A stretch of DNA of 64,000 bases from Podospora anserina (GCA_017654855.1 CM030332.1:992001-1056000); one strand, 5' to 3'. Counted from the stretch's first letter, positions 13,270 through 28,094 are shown. Notes: generated from the letters alone by a model not told the origin. A program made the numbers and translations.

Positions 13270-13973
13270 CTCAACAATCATCTTCACATTGCGGGCCGTT
13301 TGGTTGACACCAACTCACATGAGCTGCCCCACATTCAGCTTCCCCACTTCAGCTAGACCCCTCATCCAAAGAAGAATGCAATATTGCCTGTTCAGCCAGA
13401 GACAACCACCGATTGTTAACATCTACAGGCGGGATACACGCTATAATATGTTAAGACCCCCAACAGCGTTATAACCAATATTTTGTCCAGTGACCTGTCC
13501 AGTGACGACATGCTCCTCAAGGGTCCTGCAGCAGCCTGACACGGCAACGATCATCCCGCTTCCAGGCTGCATCTCAACCGAACCTCAATCCAACCTCAGC
13601 ATTGACTGCACTGTGATCTCGTAGTTGTGGTCCGGTCTCGTCAGAGTTTCTTGATTTGATGATGGCATCCAGATGGCTTGATCTCTGGTAGTCGACAACC
13701 ATCGTTCGTTCCTGCTGTCTGGTTTATTAGTGCAGGTAACGTCGTCCAACGTCATCTGCATTCGCTTCGGCAAGGGTCTCGAATCAACACGGCCCACCTT
13801 CCATCATTTCCACCTTTAACCACCACTCAAAGCTGTTACGATTCAAAGCAATCCTCTTTATTTTGTTCCTATAGCAAACGCCATTGTATCGGGCTTTTCG
13901 AAGCATGCGATTTGTCTCGGGTCGGCCCAACCGTCCAGTTGTATCACCCTGACCAAAGCCCCTTATCAGTGTG

Positions 13974-16900
13974 ATGGCCAGCCAGAATGGTCTTCGACCC
14001 CCCTCTCTAGCTCCGCCCGGCCCTACGTCTCCAACCGCCACCCGAAGTCGCCGCGGCTCTCTGGTTTCTCCTACTTTTTCTACGTATGCCGAAAGAGAAC
14101 AGCTCTCACTCGCCCTCGACAAGATCCATACCTCAGCCAGTCAGTCGGATGTCCTCACCACATTCAATGATTTCGCACCTCCCCCAAGTAGCCTTCCGGC
14201 TTCGGAAAAGCAAGGAACTGCTGGCGAGATTGTACAGCAAGGGTTGAGCGGCTTATACAGCAGGATAAAGGAGGCTGTCAGTGGCGTAAGCAAGAATTCT
14301 GCTCAGGAGGTGGACGATGCCGACAGCCATGATGGGGCTTCCAGGAGAAGCTTGAACCTTGTGCCGAGGGGGGACGGTGGCATAACAAATGCAACCTTCA
14401 ACTCTGCCGTCTCCTCTGATGCTGGGGTATCTGGCTTGTCTTCTTCAGGCTTGGCTACAGCAACAGCCGACTCTTCGTCACCGGCTGTACAATCATCCAA
14501 GGCCTCCTCCATAACGACGGCATCAACTTCAAAACACTTGCCTCCGGGTGCCCAGAACCTTCCAAAAATCTCCGTGGCTGCCACATCCACAAATACCCCT
14601 GCCATTCCGGTGGTATCAACGGGTTTCGCCGAAAGTGATACTGTCCGTGGTACAACGACCCGTGAAGAGTTGCCCAGTCGCGGATCAGGACGGGGCAGTA
14701 TAAGTAGGCTAAGCGAAGTGGGAAACAGCACGCTCCTGACTGGGAATGGAAGTTTGGACAGCGTGGCGACCACTGACAGAATCATGGTTCCGGGGCGAAC
14801 GAGGAGAGAAGATGCTCCGAGTCTTGATGGCAGCGCAGATGCTCCCCGTAGCCCGATACAAACGACGGCGGAGGCTCGTTCGTCATCCCTTAGCAGGGCC
14901 ACCCCACCTGACACGATGAGACGGCCAGCAGTGATTGACCGGATCACCTTTACAAAGGGCAGTAACCATTCAAGGTCATCTTCCATGGAGCCCGGGACTG
15001 CTGAAGCTAGCCCTATCAGCACCTCAGCTCACAGCACGGTGTACCACGATTCCTTTAGACATAACGAGAGACCCCAGAGACTTCAGTCAGGTGTCATGAG
15101 GATACCCGGGACGACTGCCAACGAGGGTGCCCCTGAAATGGTTAATGCGAGGTTGGAGCGAATGCGAAAGCAGGTCCTAAGTAAGGAGTTTTGGATGGCC
15201 GACGAGACTTGCAAAGAGTGCTTTTTGTGTGGGACTCCTTTCACTGCCTTCCGAAGAAAACACCATTGTCGGACATGCGGGTGCATTTTTGATTCCAAGT
15301 GCACGTCCAACATCTCTGGAGCAAAGTTCGGCGTCCAGGGCTCTCTGAGAGTTTGCAAGACGTGTCTCAATGTTATCAATCGTCGGTACGACAGTGGTTC
15401 AGATGATTCAGCAGACGAATCCTATCTCCCAGCTATCTTTCGAGCCAACCAGCCAAAGTCCGTGCCCACAGCTCTCAAACAAAAAGAAGGCGACGAGGCA
15501 AGCATCATGGAAAGAACCGAGCAGGCCGACCACACCCGAAGTGCGACCACACCCATGATGGCAATTCCAGCAACCAGGCGTGTCGGGGACAGCAATAGGA
15601 ATTCTGCCATTTTAGAAATCGACATGCCTCAGCTGAGTCGGCCAAGCTCATCGCGGTCGCTCAAGTCATTGTCAACTAGTCGTCCACAATCATCGGGCCA
15701 TCGCAGGCACCACTCCAAGCACAATTTCTTGACTAGGCTCAAGGGGGCTCCTGATGAGAGGGCGCCGTTTCGCAAACCAGCCGGGGACGACCCGGGAACC
15801 AAGTCAAACGCCAATGCCTTTCATGCCGACAACATTATCGACCCGGAGCTGGCCGACTACATGTCTGATGAGTCGAGTGAGGACGAGCAACAAATGGGCA
15901 GCATTTTTGCCACCATGAACAGCAGCGACTTCCAACCCGCCAGCCTTGACCCCGATCGATCAAGTTTCGGCACTTATCTGGGAGCAGGCAGGAAACACCG
16001 GTTCCGTCATGGCGAGAAGAATACCAGCGGTCTCAGCTATACCAGCCGCGGTTTTGATGAGGGTGTCGGCGGTGCTGGCGGTAGCAGCGGAGGTGGTTTG
16101 CAGAATTTATCGATCCATGCACGACCACCCCGAAGGAGGAATATGAGCATCGCAAGCATCAGCGCCCATCATTTGCGATCACCACGACCCAAGTCAGCCA
16201 TCATCAAAGGCAACTCTGCCTCGACCGACGCCCTGTCTATCTTTGAGAGCGGCGTTGAAAATTCAGGGTCAAAGCGGAATGATGCAACACGCGAGGGCAA
16301 GCTTCCCGAGGAGGGTCTCAACCCGGCGAGCCTGCAGCATGTAAAGAAGCTCTTCCGGCAAATGCTGGATGATGCTGAGATTCCCAACCCGAGCAGCTGG
16401 GAGCGGGCTCTTATCCCTATTCTCGACAAATGTGCCGATGATGTCGACCCCGATATCCGCAACGGGGACGACATGGATATTCGGCATTGGGTCAAGCTCA
16501 AGAAGATCCCAGGGGGCAGGCCAAGTGACACAGCCTACGTTCACGGAGTTGTCTTTACCAAGAATCTTGCACTCAAGAGCATGCCCCGCAGGATCCGCAA
16601 TCCCCGGGTCGTCGTCATCACCTTCCCACTCGAGTATCAGCGCCATCCAGAGCAGCACTTTATGAGTTTGCAGCCCGTTATTGAGCAAGAAAAGGAGTAT
16701 CTGAGAATGGTCGTGAACCGGATTCTCTGCCTTGAACCGCATGTGCTGCTGGTGGAAAAGAGTGTTGCCGGAGTGGCTTTACAGTACCTGTCGGAAGCCA
16801 ACGTCGCTGTTGCTTACAACGTCAAACCAACCGTTATTGAAGCTGTCTCGAGAATCGTCAACATGCCCGTTATTTCATCCATGGACATGCTTAGTCTTGG

Positions 16901-19900
16901 CGCTCGGGTGGGCACCTGCGAGAGTTTTGAGGTCAAGACATATGTCAATCATGGGATAAAGGGCAAGAAGAAGACGTACATATTTCTTTCAGGGTGTCCC
17001 AAGGACCGCGGCTGTACCATTGCCCTGCGTGGGGCTTCCACTCCGATACTGTCACGCATGAAGCGCATCACCGAGTTCATGGTCTATGTGGTCTACAACC
17101 TAAAGCTGGAATCATGCTTGATGCGCGACGAGTTTGTCCAGATCCCAACTGAGATAGAGTCTGTCTTGACTTCCACTCTCACGTCACGGCAACCCACCGA
17201 CGACAGTCTTCTGATCTCTCCTGGGTGTGTCCCCGATCCCACCAGTCAGCGCCCTGCTATTTTGATTACATCACAAAGCACCGAGGGAGAGAAACTGGTG
17301 GAACAGGCTCGGGTCAATGAGGACTCTCCTGCCGAGCAGGAGCTGGCTGCAAACACAACCAGCACCGGGTCAGAGACTCAGCCGTCGGCGGATGCCGCTC
17401 AAAAACTCATATCATTACACGAGTCTCACTCGCATGTCCAAGTGCCAGAGGATGTACCAATGCCGACCTTTTACAGTGATATGGTGGCAAAGTACGAAAC
17501 TCGAATCCTTTCAGCGTCGCCGTTTGTCAAGTTTACACAGCCCTACCTTCTCATGAAGGCGCGCGAGCAAGAAAGGCGGTTGGTCTACCTGCGCCGTCTT
17601 CGCGACCAAAACATTGTCGAAGATCCCGAAGAGAGCGAGAAGCCCCGACCACTACGGTTCCAGCTCATCAAGCCAGAGATGGTGCACGAGATTGGCCAAA
17701 AAGCCCCTCGAAAAGTAATGGAGGTCCTGCATGCAGTCCATGATGTCGAGTATGACAAGGCTCTGCACAACTACCAGACGCAATCCAGACAATGGGAAAC
17801 ATATATCCAGGACAGTCTCGATCTCTTCGATCCCTATTCTCATCAGAACATCGTAGTGCTCTATTCGGTCACTTGCACAGAAACCAAGATACCGTGCGTG
17901 GAGCCTGGCCTCGTCGCCATCGAGTTCTATAATGAGCATCCTGATGCCAACGGCAACATGGATCAAGATTGCACCCTGGGCCAGTACATCGAGGACATTT
18001 GCGAAGGCTCTGATATGGTGTGTCACGCCAACGGCTGTGATAGAAAGATGCTTGATCATCACCGCACCTATGTCCATGACAACGCTCGTATCACCATCAT
18101 TCTTGAGAACTCGCCGGCTTGGCCCGAAAACTTTCCGGAGAAACCCCAAGAGTCTGAGGGCGACAAGGATGGGACCGGCATATGCATGTGGAATTACTGC
18201 AAAGAGTGCAACAAGCATTTCGGTCTCATGCCCATGTCTGTCAGCACCTGGAAGTATTCTTTTGGCAAATACCTGGAGCTCTCGTTCTGGAGCAGATGCG
18301 TCCGCTCGAGCCTGCAGAATGAGTGCCCCCATGACCACCAAAAGGACCACGTTCGGTTCTTCTACTACCTGTATCGCGACATTGCTGTGAGAATTCACTA
18401 CGACCCCATCGATCTGTTCGAGATCATTGTGCCACGGCCAAGGATCACATGGAAGGTGGATCACGATTTGCGGCTCAAGAATGATATCTTCACCAAGGCC
18501 GAGGAGCGTTGGGTTCGGTTCATGACTTCGGTCCGGGCTCGACTCAAGAGCATTCGAATTGACAGTGTGCTTCCGGAGAAAGCGGAAGCCTGCACAGCAG
18601 AGATCGAGAGGCTGACCAAGAAGGCCCACGAAGATCAGGCAGAGTTGGTCCGGAGTCTCCAGGAGACATACATGAGCTCCAAGTACTACGAAGTCATTCC
18701 CTTCAACATTGTTATCCGCGGAATGCTGGAGAAGGTGACGGATTGGGATGCAGCATTCACCAAATTCGAAGCCGACTTCCTTTCCGACAAGGATGTCCGA
18801 CAACTGACCATCATTCAACTCAAGAAGATGTTCACAGACAATGAGTCAAAAGAGTCCCTTCCGAGTACTGACGGCACCACGTCTGTTGGCTCGGAATCCG
18901 AGGAAAAATCTACTCCCACTGCGTCCCAGCCCAGTAGTTCGGAGTTTGAAGAAAAGCCCACACAGAATGCCGAGGGTGAGAGCCGGACACCGGAAACCCC
19001 TGTATCGCCGACCTCGAGACTAGTCGCAACTGCAACGGAAGAAGCAGCTGCCAGCCAAGCTGATGAGCTTCTCGAGAGGGTCGAGCCTTTGGACCTCGCG
19101 ACGCCTACTTCACCGACGTTGGTGAAGAGTATCCTAACCGGTTCGGAGCTTGCCCCCGATGTCACCAAGCAGTCGCCATCTCCACCAAGTGAGGAGATAC
19201 CAGCAGCAACGCCTGAAGCAAATTCTCTGATGCCGCCTCCGGCAACTCCTGCTGCACCGGCTGCGTCTCCCCAGCCTGCAGAGCCTCAACATATGTCATT
19301 GACAGAAAAGGTCGAGCAGCTACGTCGCGAACAGCGTGCCGCATCAACTGATGCGACCGGCACAGGCTTTGTTGGTGAAGGTGGTGCAGAATCATCACGA
19401 CCTACAGGAGACCGTGCTATCTCGAGAAAGACAGGTCAAGCGGTATCACCCCCAATGGTTCGCGCTTTATCCCAGCCGGTAGGGGCACTTCCCAGGACAC
19501 AGTCTACTATCGGAAAGCTATTGAAGGAGCAAAAGGCGCAGGATGCGGCTTCCGAGGGACAGAAGGCCGTGCCTGAGAAAGCGGAGAAGAAGTTCACTGA
19601 TCGCATTGGACTCGGGGCTCTGAAGAATCGAAAGGCCCCGCCGTCGGCAATTCCGCGTTATGTTCATAAGAGGGAATCCAAGGTGTCGACGCTTGCGCGC
19701 CATTTTGAGCAACTAAGCCGTGAGTTTGAAAAGGAGCGGATGCGGGATCGCAAGCAACGGGCAGCAAAGATGCAGTCTACGAGAGCCTTCCTTCCACGTA
19801 CGTCCACCAAGACTATAGTCGAAGTCTACAAGGACGTGGACCAAGCCGTCAAAGAGCCTGGCCCCGACGAGGAGCAGCACATGGAGAAGCATCACAGCAA

Positions 19901-21505
19901 TAGGAAACATGATGACTCTTCTCAGCCAGCTGCTGATACCACGCCGGAAGACTCACAGAACAAGGCGTCTGAACCAAGCTCGCCACTTGCACCACCCTCT
20001 GGGCCACTTACCCAAGAGGAAACCCGAAACGAAGCAGATGGCGATGATGCTCGACACGAAGATCATGCGGGATCTGATGATGAGGGTGCAGGCAGCGACG
20101 CGGATGCTTCCACCATCACGTTCGACGAGTTCATGCCTGACGCTAAAGAGATTGCCAGCTCTCTCGAACCCGGGGATGAGATCCCAGAAGAGCTCCCAAG
20201 ACATCAGAAGAAGAGTCTGATGACCATGTTGACTAATTTCTGGGCTGAACGTTCGGCTAGCAATTGGACACCACTGGAGTATCCCATCAACGCGACAGAT
20301 CACATCTTCTTTGATTCGGATGTCATTGTGAGGGAGGATGAGCCCAGCTCGTTGTTGGCTTTTGCTCTCAACTCTGAAGATTACAAGACAAAGCTTGCCG
20401 AGATTCGTCAGCGGTGGGAGATGTCCAACCAGCGAGAAACAGATGAAAGCAGTGACGGCCTTGAAATGAAGCAGCAGCCATCTACAGGTCTGTCCAAGGC
20501 CGAGCTGGAAAACAGTCTACTGCGGTCTACCGGTACGCATCTCAAGTACCAGTTCGCAGAGGGCTCAGCAAAGATGATGTGCAAGATTTTCTTTGCCGAA
20601 CAATTCGACGCCCTCCGTCGCAAAGTCGGTGCTGCTGACCGCTTCGCCGAGTCTCTGTCTCGCTGCCTCAAGTGGGATTCCAAAGGCGGCAAGACAAAGT
20701 CTGTCTTTCTCAAGACGCTCGACGACCGGTTTGTCCTCAAGGGTCTGTCGCCTGTCGAGACGTCTTCGTTCCTCAAGTTCGCCCCGGACTACTTTGACCT
20801 GATGGCGCATGCCCTCTTCCACGATCTACCTTCTGTCATTGCAAAGATGCTCGGCTTCTTCCAGATCATCATCCGCAACCCCGTCACCAACACGGAAATC
20901 AAGCTCGACCTGCTCGTCATGGAGAATCTGTTTTATGACCGGTCACCGACAAGAACGTTTGACCTCAAGGGGTCGATGCGCAACCGGAGGATCCAGTCGA
21001 CGGGGGAACAAAACGAGGTGTTGCTAGACGAGAACATGGTGGAGTACATTTATGAATCTCCCCTATTTGCCCGGGAGCATTCAAAGAGGTTGTTGAAGAC
21101 GTCGGTTTTTAATGATACGCTGTTTTTGGCGAGGATGGGCGTGATGGATTACAGCCTGATGGTGGCGGTGGATGAGGTGAAGAAGGAGCTGGTGGTGGGG
21201 ATTATTGACTGCATCCGGACGTATACGTGGGACAAGCAGCTGGAGAGCTGGATCAAGAATAGGGGTTTTGCGGGCGGGGGGAGGAACAGGCCGACGGTGA
21301 CGAGCCCGAAGGAGTATAAGAGTCGGTTTAGGGAGGCTATGGCCAGGTATTTCGAACTCCGCATTGAGTTTGGAAAGATGTGATGCTGACGTGATAATGT
21401 GATAGGTATATCCTACAAGCTCCCAACTGCTGGCACACGTTTGGGAATCATTTGCCGCCTAATACGCCTGCTACGCCGAGGACGAGGTTTGAGGCGGATG
21501 TTTGA
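13974..21505 (+). CDS. FAB1: 1-phosphatidylinositol-3-phosphate 5-kinase Fab1/PIKfyve; exons 13974-21346, 21406-21505
   Basis: FYVE domain (CKECFLCGTPFTAFRRKHHCRTCG), Cpn60/TCP1-like domain and PIP5K domain (GGKTKSVFLKT, FDLKGS, MDYSL, GIIDCIRTYTWDK). A 59-nt intron (21347-21405, branch GCTGAC) gives the conserved end AMARYILQAPNCWH...EADV*. Confidence 0.97.
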
Positions 21506-22309
21506 GGGGGTTTCATTTGCTTTGTTTTGTTTTGTTTTGTTTTTGTTTTGTTGTGCTATAACGGGAGGATTATTAGTGGTGAGATATCTGGTGGGAGTTG
21601 TCTTGTTGTTTTGGCACACACGAAGTGGAATCATAGCATGGAATTATTTGGAATTTTTTTTGGCTGCATAGCACGGGCGGTGGTGGCGGCAGCGGGTAAA
21701 CGATTTTTTTTTGATGGTCATATATATATAGGTACTGCATTCTGTCTTTTTTTTTTTTTCGTTTGTTTGGCAGTTGGGGAGGGTGCGTGGGGGTTTATGT
21801 CATGCATAGCGAGCGGGTGGTTGTGGTAGTCAGGGGGTAAATTGAAGAGAATACATGTACACTCAGGCAATGCTTTCTATATGTCAAGGTGAACCAGTGG
21901 GAGGAAATGAGAGGTTTACACTTATTCCACTACTAAATAATATTTTTACCTTTGAAGTCGATGTGTAAACACCAACAACACTGAACAAGTCTATACAATT
22001 ATCATTGCATTTTGTTAGCTCTTGATATAGTTATTTTCCTCCTTCTTTTTTAGCCTCTCCTAAAACCAACCTCGAAGCCAGCCAGCCAGCCCTCTTTCAT
22101 CGCTTGCTTCTCCTCCCCTTTAGGTAACTCCTGCTACTAACCCCCTCTCCTTTGCAGCTCAAACACTACACAACAAAGTCATTAAGAAATAGTCCGTTTT
22201 GTGCCTCCCCTCTTCCATTAACACGGACTAATCTCACGAAACCTCAAATCGACAATTCACTTTTTTCTGGAATATTCCCCCCCAACCTGTTTTGATCTCC
22301 CTTCCCCCC

Positions 22310-25300
22310 CTATTTCGGCCCAGCAACTCCCCCCTGACTCAACCTCTGAAACCCCATCAACACCTCCCGATCAACATTAACCGCCCACTGCTGCTCAAAC
22401 ACCCTCTCTCCACCCAGCCTCTGCACCAAATCCTGCAACCTCACCTTGACAAACCCGTACGTCGCCACCGAGTGCACCGGGTCCTTGTGCGCAAACGTCC
22501 TCTCGTGAATATCCAGCGGAGTATCATACTCAAAGCTCGGCATCTCCCCCCAGACGAGGCTATCCTGCGGCCCCTCGGCCCCCCCTTGTTGCTCGGCAGT
22601 ATCATCCGCCAGTTCCGTCACGATGTGCGTCCACATGGACAGATAATCCTGCAGCTTCCCCAACACGAGCTCCTGCACCGGCGAGGGCAGTTCCACCAGT
22701 CTTGTCAGGGCCAGGCAAGAGAGCTTCTCACGTTCGACATCGCCCATGGTGTCAAAGTTGGCGAACCACTGGGTCATCAACCAGGAGAGAACGGTATCGA
22801 TCGGTCCGCCGTTTGTGAACCGCGACAACAGGTTGATAAACACTATCGGGTCGGCGACGCACACCCGGGCAAAGAGGGCGTAATAGTCCGATTCTTTGAG
22901 TGTGCTGATTTTGGAGGGTTTCCGGTTGGGCCCAGTGGTCTGGGAGGATTCCCAGGCGCTGTGGAGGCCTTCGAGCATTGTGTGGACAAGGCCAGTCTCA
23001 AGAAGGTCTTGGACAATAACTGTTACTCCTTGAGACCCGCCGAATTCTTCAGAGAACCGGATCATGAGTTCGATCGACTTGGCGCCGAGCTGAGCTTGGT
23101 CGAGGCTGTTGGCGTCGACGGTTTTGGCGAGGGCCGCGAGGGCAGGGCGGCGGAGGGCGTCGCTGAGGAGGTCTTGTGGTGCGAGAGAGATGTACGATTT
23201 CACAATCTCGAGGCACTGGTTCGAGACGGCGGAGTCGTATTCTAGGAGGGGGAGGGCCAGCTGGACCATCTGGGTGAGCTCAGGATTCAGTGGTGGGACG
23301 CTCTGCATCAGCAATGACCTCCAGAGCTCCACCGACTCTTCAATAAGGTGAAGATGCAGTGGCGAGTCGGGGTTCATCGCCTCTGCCAGGAGTGGCAGGA
23401 TCAGTGGTTGATATCGCTGCGAGTCGGCCCGCATCGACATGACGAGAGCTGTCATGATGGCAAGCACCGACTGCTTGATCATGTACTCTTCACTTCCGAC
23501 CGACTCCCACAACTTGGGGAGTGTCATCATGATGGTATCTCCAAACTGCGAGACATGTTCCTCCATCCTGCTGACGATCAACCTGATCGTGTCCAAAACC
23601 GCCAGTTTTGTCTCGTCGCTCTCTACCGTTGAGAGCAAGCCGATCAAAAGCTCGAAGAAATCCGGCGCATATTGCAGGAAGGGTTCAGACTTGAACTCAA
23701 AGTCATCGGCGATATACTTGAACTGACGCGCAGCCGTAATGCGCACCACCTCATCATTGTGATCGTCAGCTGGGTTCAGCAAGTGGCGATAGATCTCAAA
23801 CACCACTTTTCTGTTCGCTTCGGAAATCTTGATGGTGATCCACTGGCTTAGCAAAATAGCAATCCGCCGGCGGAGCAGCTTGGCCATCGTGTCCTGTACC
23901 TGAGCATCCTTGACGAGCGTTGTGGTCAGGAAGCGATCAAAGTCAAAGTTGTGGTGTACAACGGCAGCAGCACACCCAAGAGCACAGTAAGCGGCCTCTT
24001 TCGTGACAATGTCCATGTCGACTTTGGTGGCGAGCTCACAATAGCTGAGAAGCGGCTGACCCAACTCCCTATAGTGTGTCAACAGGTCTATCAGCAACCT
24101 CTCAGCGCATGGGCGGATAGCCCACTCGTAGGCCTGGCCCTCTGTGCGTTCCTGAGCTTCCCATTCCTCCGGGCTCTCTTCCCAGGCATCGAGATCTGAC
24201 TTGCGGAAGATAAACAGCTTGCTGATGATCACCTGAACAATATCCAGAAGCAAGTCCCTGTTCAGCAATTCGACCTTGATAACGTGAATTGCTTGTGTTT
24301 CCAGCTCCTTCATTTCTGGGGTCTGGAACTTGAACGTCTGAGCCGGTCGGTAGGCGATCCCAATACAACTCCTCAGCAACAAGAGTCCCTTGAGAGCCAA
24401 CTTTTCCGCCAACGGCCCCTCGTGCTTGGTATTCCCTGTTGTGCTCTCTGTCTGCTTGATCCCACCAGACTTCTCAAACACCTGCGAGAAGTCCTTCACA
24501 AGATTCCAATAGGCTCTAACTAACGGAATCGAGTTTGGAAGAATCGGGAAGCTGCAGGGATGCAAATTCGCCATATCGATGTGTAGTTTGGTAAACTGGA
24601 TGAGATGCTTGCCGACGAGATCTTGGTACGGTATCGGGATCCACGATTCGTGACTGACACCGTGGAGGAATTGATCGAACTGTGTCTGTGATAGAGACCA
24701 CAGCCCCTGAACCATGCTGTCCTTGTGCGGCTCCTTGTATCCAACTGTGACCAACCGCCTCAAGATCTTGAGTGCTATCAAGCTGTTTTGCATGGCATAG
24801 TCGGCGTCATCTTCGTCTCCCCGTCCTTTCATGAGGAACTCCTGCCAATAAGCCGTCTTCTCGGTGTAAATCTCTCCCAGAAGCTGGACCAGGTCCGGTG
24901 TGACCTTCTGAAGAGCGGTCTGTGACCTCGCCAACCGCGCCGTGCTGAGCTCTTTGACTATCCGGAGCATAACCAACAGGGCACCGCCGAGGTGCATGGG
25001 GTTCCCACCCCGGGCCGTTCGGGTAACGTTGATGATATTGGCGATGGCATCGGGCCAGCTATCGGGGTAATCTATCCTCACGATCTTGGCGGTAACCAGG
25101 GCGTTGTGCAGTGCGAGCTGTCTGTCCTCCTCGTCCACCGAACCTTGCAGAAGCCGAGAGCGTATGAGCTCTTTTTGTGGTGGTGGAATGGCATGTTTCG
25201 CTCTGGGTCGCCAATACTTGTCGATGCCGTTTTTGAGCACGATGATGGCGAGCCATCGAACCTCTCTTCGTAGTGACTTGTCGAGGAATATGGTCTGTTG

Positions 25301-25530
25301 TCAAACAAGTCCGTCAGCAACTGCAGTAGATATGTGAGGAACAGCAAGTTCCCTCCACCTACCTGAAGAGTAACATAGTAGTCGGGATGCGACTCCCAAG
25401 CCTGTATCTGCTGGCCAGCAGACTGTCTCTGGGCTTGGTCGGTGGAGATGGATGCAGCTTCGAGGGTTCTGCAGAGCTCGACGGGTGTGAAGGGCGTAGC
25501 TTCGCCCGGGACTTCGATCGCGAAACTCAT
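22310..25530 (-). CDS. KAP120: Importin-11/Kap120 karyopherin-beta; exons 25530-25363, 25294-22310
   Basis: IBN_N-like N-terminus (RWLAIIVLKNGIDKYWR), AKIVRIDYPDSWP, WEESPEEW...RPCAE and LLRRRIAILLSQW. HEAT-repeat composition. Confidence 0.9.
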
Positions 25531-26187
25531 CGTTCTTCTGGTCTGCTCGATCGTTGGTATGTTTTGCGATTTTGGAATCGAAGAGAACCGTTCAAGGTGC
25601 CTGGGCAGGTCGAAGCTTGGTGGGGGTGAACAGCCTAAAGATAGGTAGCGGGGCATAAAATCAAGTGGAGCTGTTCCGACAGGGGGGTCCTTCAACGTCG
25701 TCACGGCAGACAGGGGTATTTTTGTTCATAAACTTTTTAATGACAATCAAAGCTTCCTGAAATCAGTCGAAAAGATTAGACAACTCTATCAACCATCCTT
25801 CAATGCCCATCTCAGTGATCTTTGGTTTTGTTTCTCTGCCACTGCTTATCACTCAGAACCCCAAAATGACTGGATACCAAACACGGCCTCCATTCGGCTG
25901 ACACGAACACCAAATGCTGCTTGTTTATTATTTGTCCTTCCTTCCCTCCCCCCTCATTGATACCACACCATCACCCCCCTTTACTCCCTCGACTGGACGG
26001 TCAGACCCAAGAAGTAGCACAAGAAACAAAGCTGTGAGAGCGTTCCACCAAGCCGATCGGCCATTGCCGAAAGTATCATGCTCTCGAAGTCTTCTTTCTC
26101 CCAGTCTGAGACAGAGAGAAAAGAGAAACAGGACCCGACCCGACAGACAGCTGCCTGCCGAGACCACCACACACGACAGATGTACGT

Positions 26188-28094
26188 TTATTTGTCACAC
26201 AATGCAATCCCCGCAAAAGATCCCTCGTCCTCATAAAACTTCCTGCGCCCAGTTCCATCCATGTTGAAGCGGTACACCGCTCCACCCCTGTATCGTGTGT
26301 GTTATCAAAGCGGTCAGCTTGCTGAACGGCCAGTGAGGTCATGAGAGAATGGGAGAGAAGGTTGACTCACAAGTCTGTAGCGTATATGTGTCGATTCTTC
26401 CTGTCAAGAGTGATGCCGATAGCCTCGTGCAGGTTTCTGGCTAGGATCTTGTGGTCGGTATACTGGCCATCAGGGCCCCTTTCAGCCCTGTTCAAGCTGT
26501 TGCCGCGAGGAAGCTCCCCTCTGTCAGTCCAGTACATGAACTTGCCTTCCTCATCGATCTCGATATCGATAGGCTCCGGCAGGCCCCGGAACAGACATTC
26601 GATGTCGGTCCTCGTAGAAGCATCATGCCCAGGAGGTGTATGTATGTTCGCCCTGAAAATGCGCCCCTTGGATCCCTTGGACGGACCCTTTTGCGTCCAG
26701 TAAAACTTCCCTTCCAATGGGGCAAGCCCGAGGCCCACGCACCACTTCGTCTGGTCGTCAAAGCCGGTCGCCCAGTCCCCGTTGCGGATGAGGACTTCCA
26801 GTCCAGAGCCATCAATGTTACATCGGAAGACGCGCATGCCTTCGCGGTCGGAAAAGTACATCTTGGAGCAGTCGTCGTCAACAGCAATCTGCTTGGGCGT
26901 GTGTACCGTGCCGGAGGGGATGATGACCTTGATGTCGCTACCGTCCAAGTTGCACGACATGATGCTGCCGTCGTTTTTGTTAGGCACACCCATGTTGCCC
27001 CAGATAATCTTACCTTCTGATGGGCAGAGAGCGATCCCGTCTGGCATGGGCTGGTGGTCCACTATGGTGCGGAGAGGGGTTTGGCCATCCGCGCTGCCCA
27101 CGAGGATACGGCCACGTTGGTACACCTCCTCTGGCGCGTTGTTGAGGCCAAGGTCGAGGATGTACAAGGTCGGAGCGTGCAGGTTGTCGTAGGGGGTTTG
27201 CTGTTGGCCAGCAGTCTTGGTGGTATAACCTGGTGGGTACAGACCGCCCTTGCTGCACTTGGCCCCGAGCCTGCCCTCCTGGATGTACTTTTGGAGGAAG
27301 GCTATGACGCCTGGGTCGTGGAGATTACGCTCCTGGATGTAGTGCTGCTCGATGAGTGACACAGTGTCCAAGCCTACTGAGTCCATCAGCTCGCATGGGG
27401 GAACACCGGTCTTGACAAACATCTCATTCCACACCATGTCGAGCTCTGCTGGTGAGGCTACCCCCTCGGATAGCACCATCAAACATTCTCGCTTGATAGC
27501 GGCCCAGACGCGGTTGAGAAGAAAGCCCGTAGACTCTCGGTGTGCCATGACTGGAAGCATGCCAGACCGTTTGAGGTGCTCTTCGAGAAAAGGAAAAATG
27601 TCCTCGTGCGTTGATCCGCTGGTCATGAGCTCGACAACGCGTATGTCGGGCGGGATGTAGTAATGCATATTCAGCATGCGCTTGGCCGTGTCAGGCTTCA
27701 CTTTGGCCGCAATCTCCCGCGACTTGTAGGACGACGAGTTGGTTCCCAGTATCGTATCGGGTCGGACAACCTTTTCGAGGTCGGCAAAGGCGTTCATCTT
27801 TAGGTCGAGCTTCTCAGGCACGCATTCGATAACCAGCCACGAGTCCTCCACGGCAGGCTTCAGGTCCTGGAAACCATGAACGGAAATCTTGTCGGGGCTG
27901 ACGGTGGGCTTGTACCTCCACATCTCGTTTTTGATGTACTGTAGAGCTCCATTGGTTTGCTGCGTGTCGGGATCGCGAATGTTGACCTTGTATCCGGCAG
28001 AGGCCCAGCAGGCTCCTATCCGGCGGCCTAGCACACCAGCTCCCAGGATGCCGACAGATCTGTTGATCGCCGTGGGGAGTTTCCACTTCGTCAT
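26188..28094 (-). CDS. 3-hydroxyacyl-CoA dehydrogenase fused to a C-terminal YWTD/SGL-like beta-propeller; exons 28094-26371, 26287-26188 (alternative ATG at 28121)
   Basis: Rossmann motif ILGAGVLG, then VIECVPEKLDLK, LGTNSSS, NMHYY and GFLLNRVW. These are followed by repeats MYFSDREG, FYWTQKG, MYWTDRG, IYATDL|GGAVY. The ATG at 28094 is in a GCCACCATG context. Confidence 0.9.

Noticed and set aside
21347-21383. FAB1 ending as RYFELRIEFGKM*
   Set aside because: This is read-through into a canonical 59-nt intron. Splicing gives the conserved YILQAPNCWH end.
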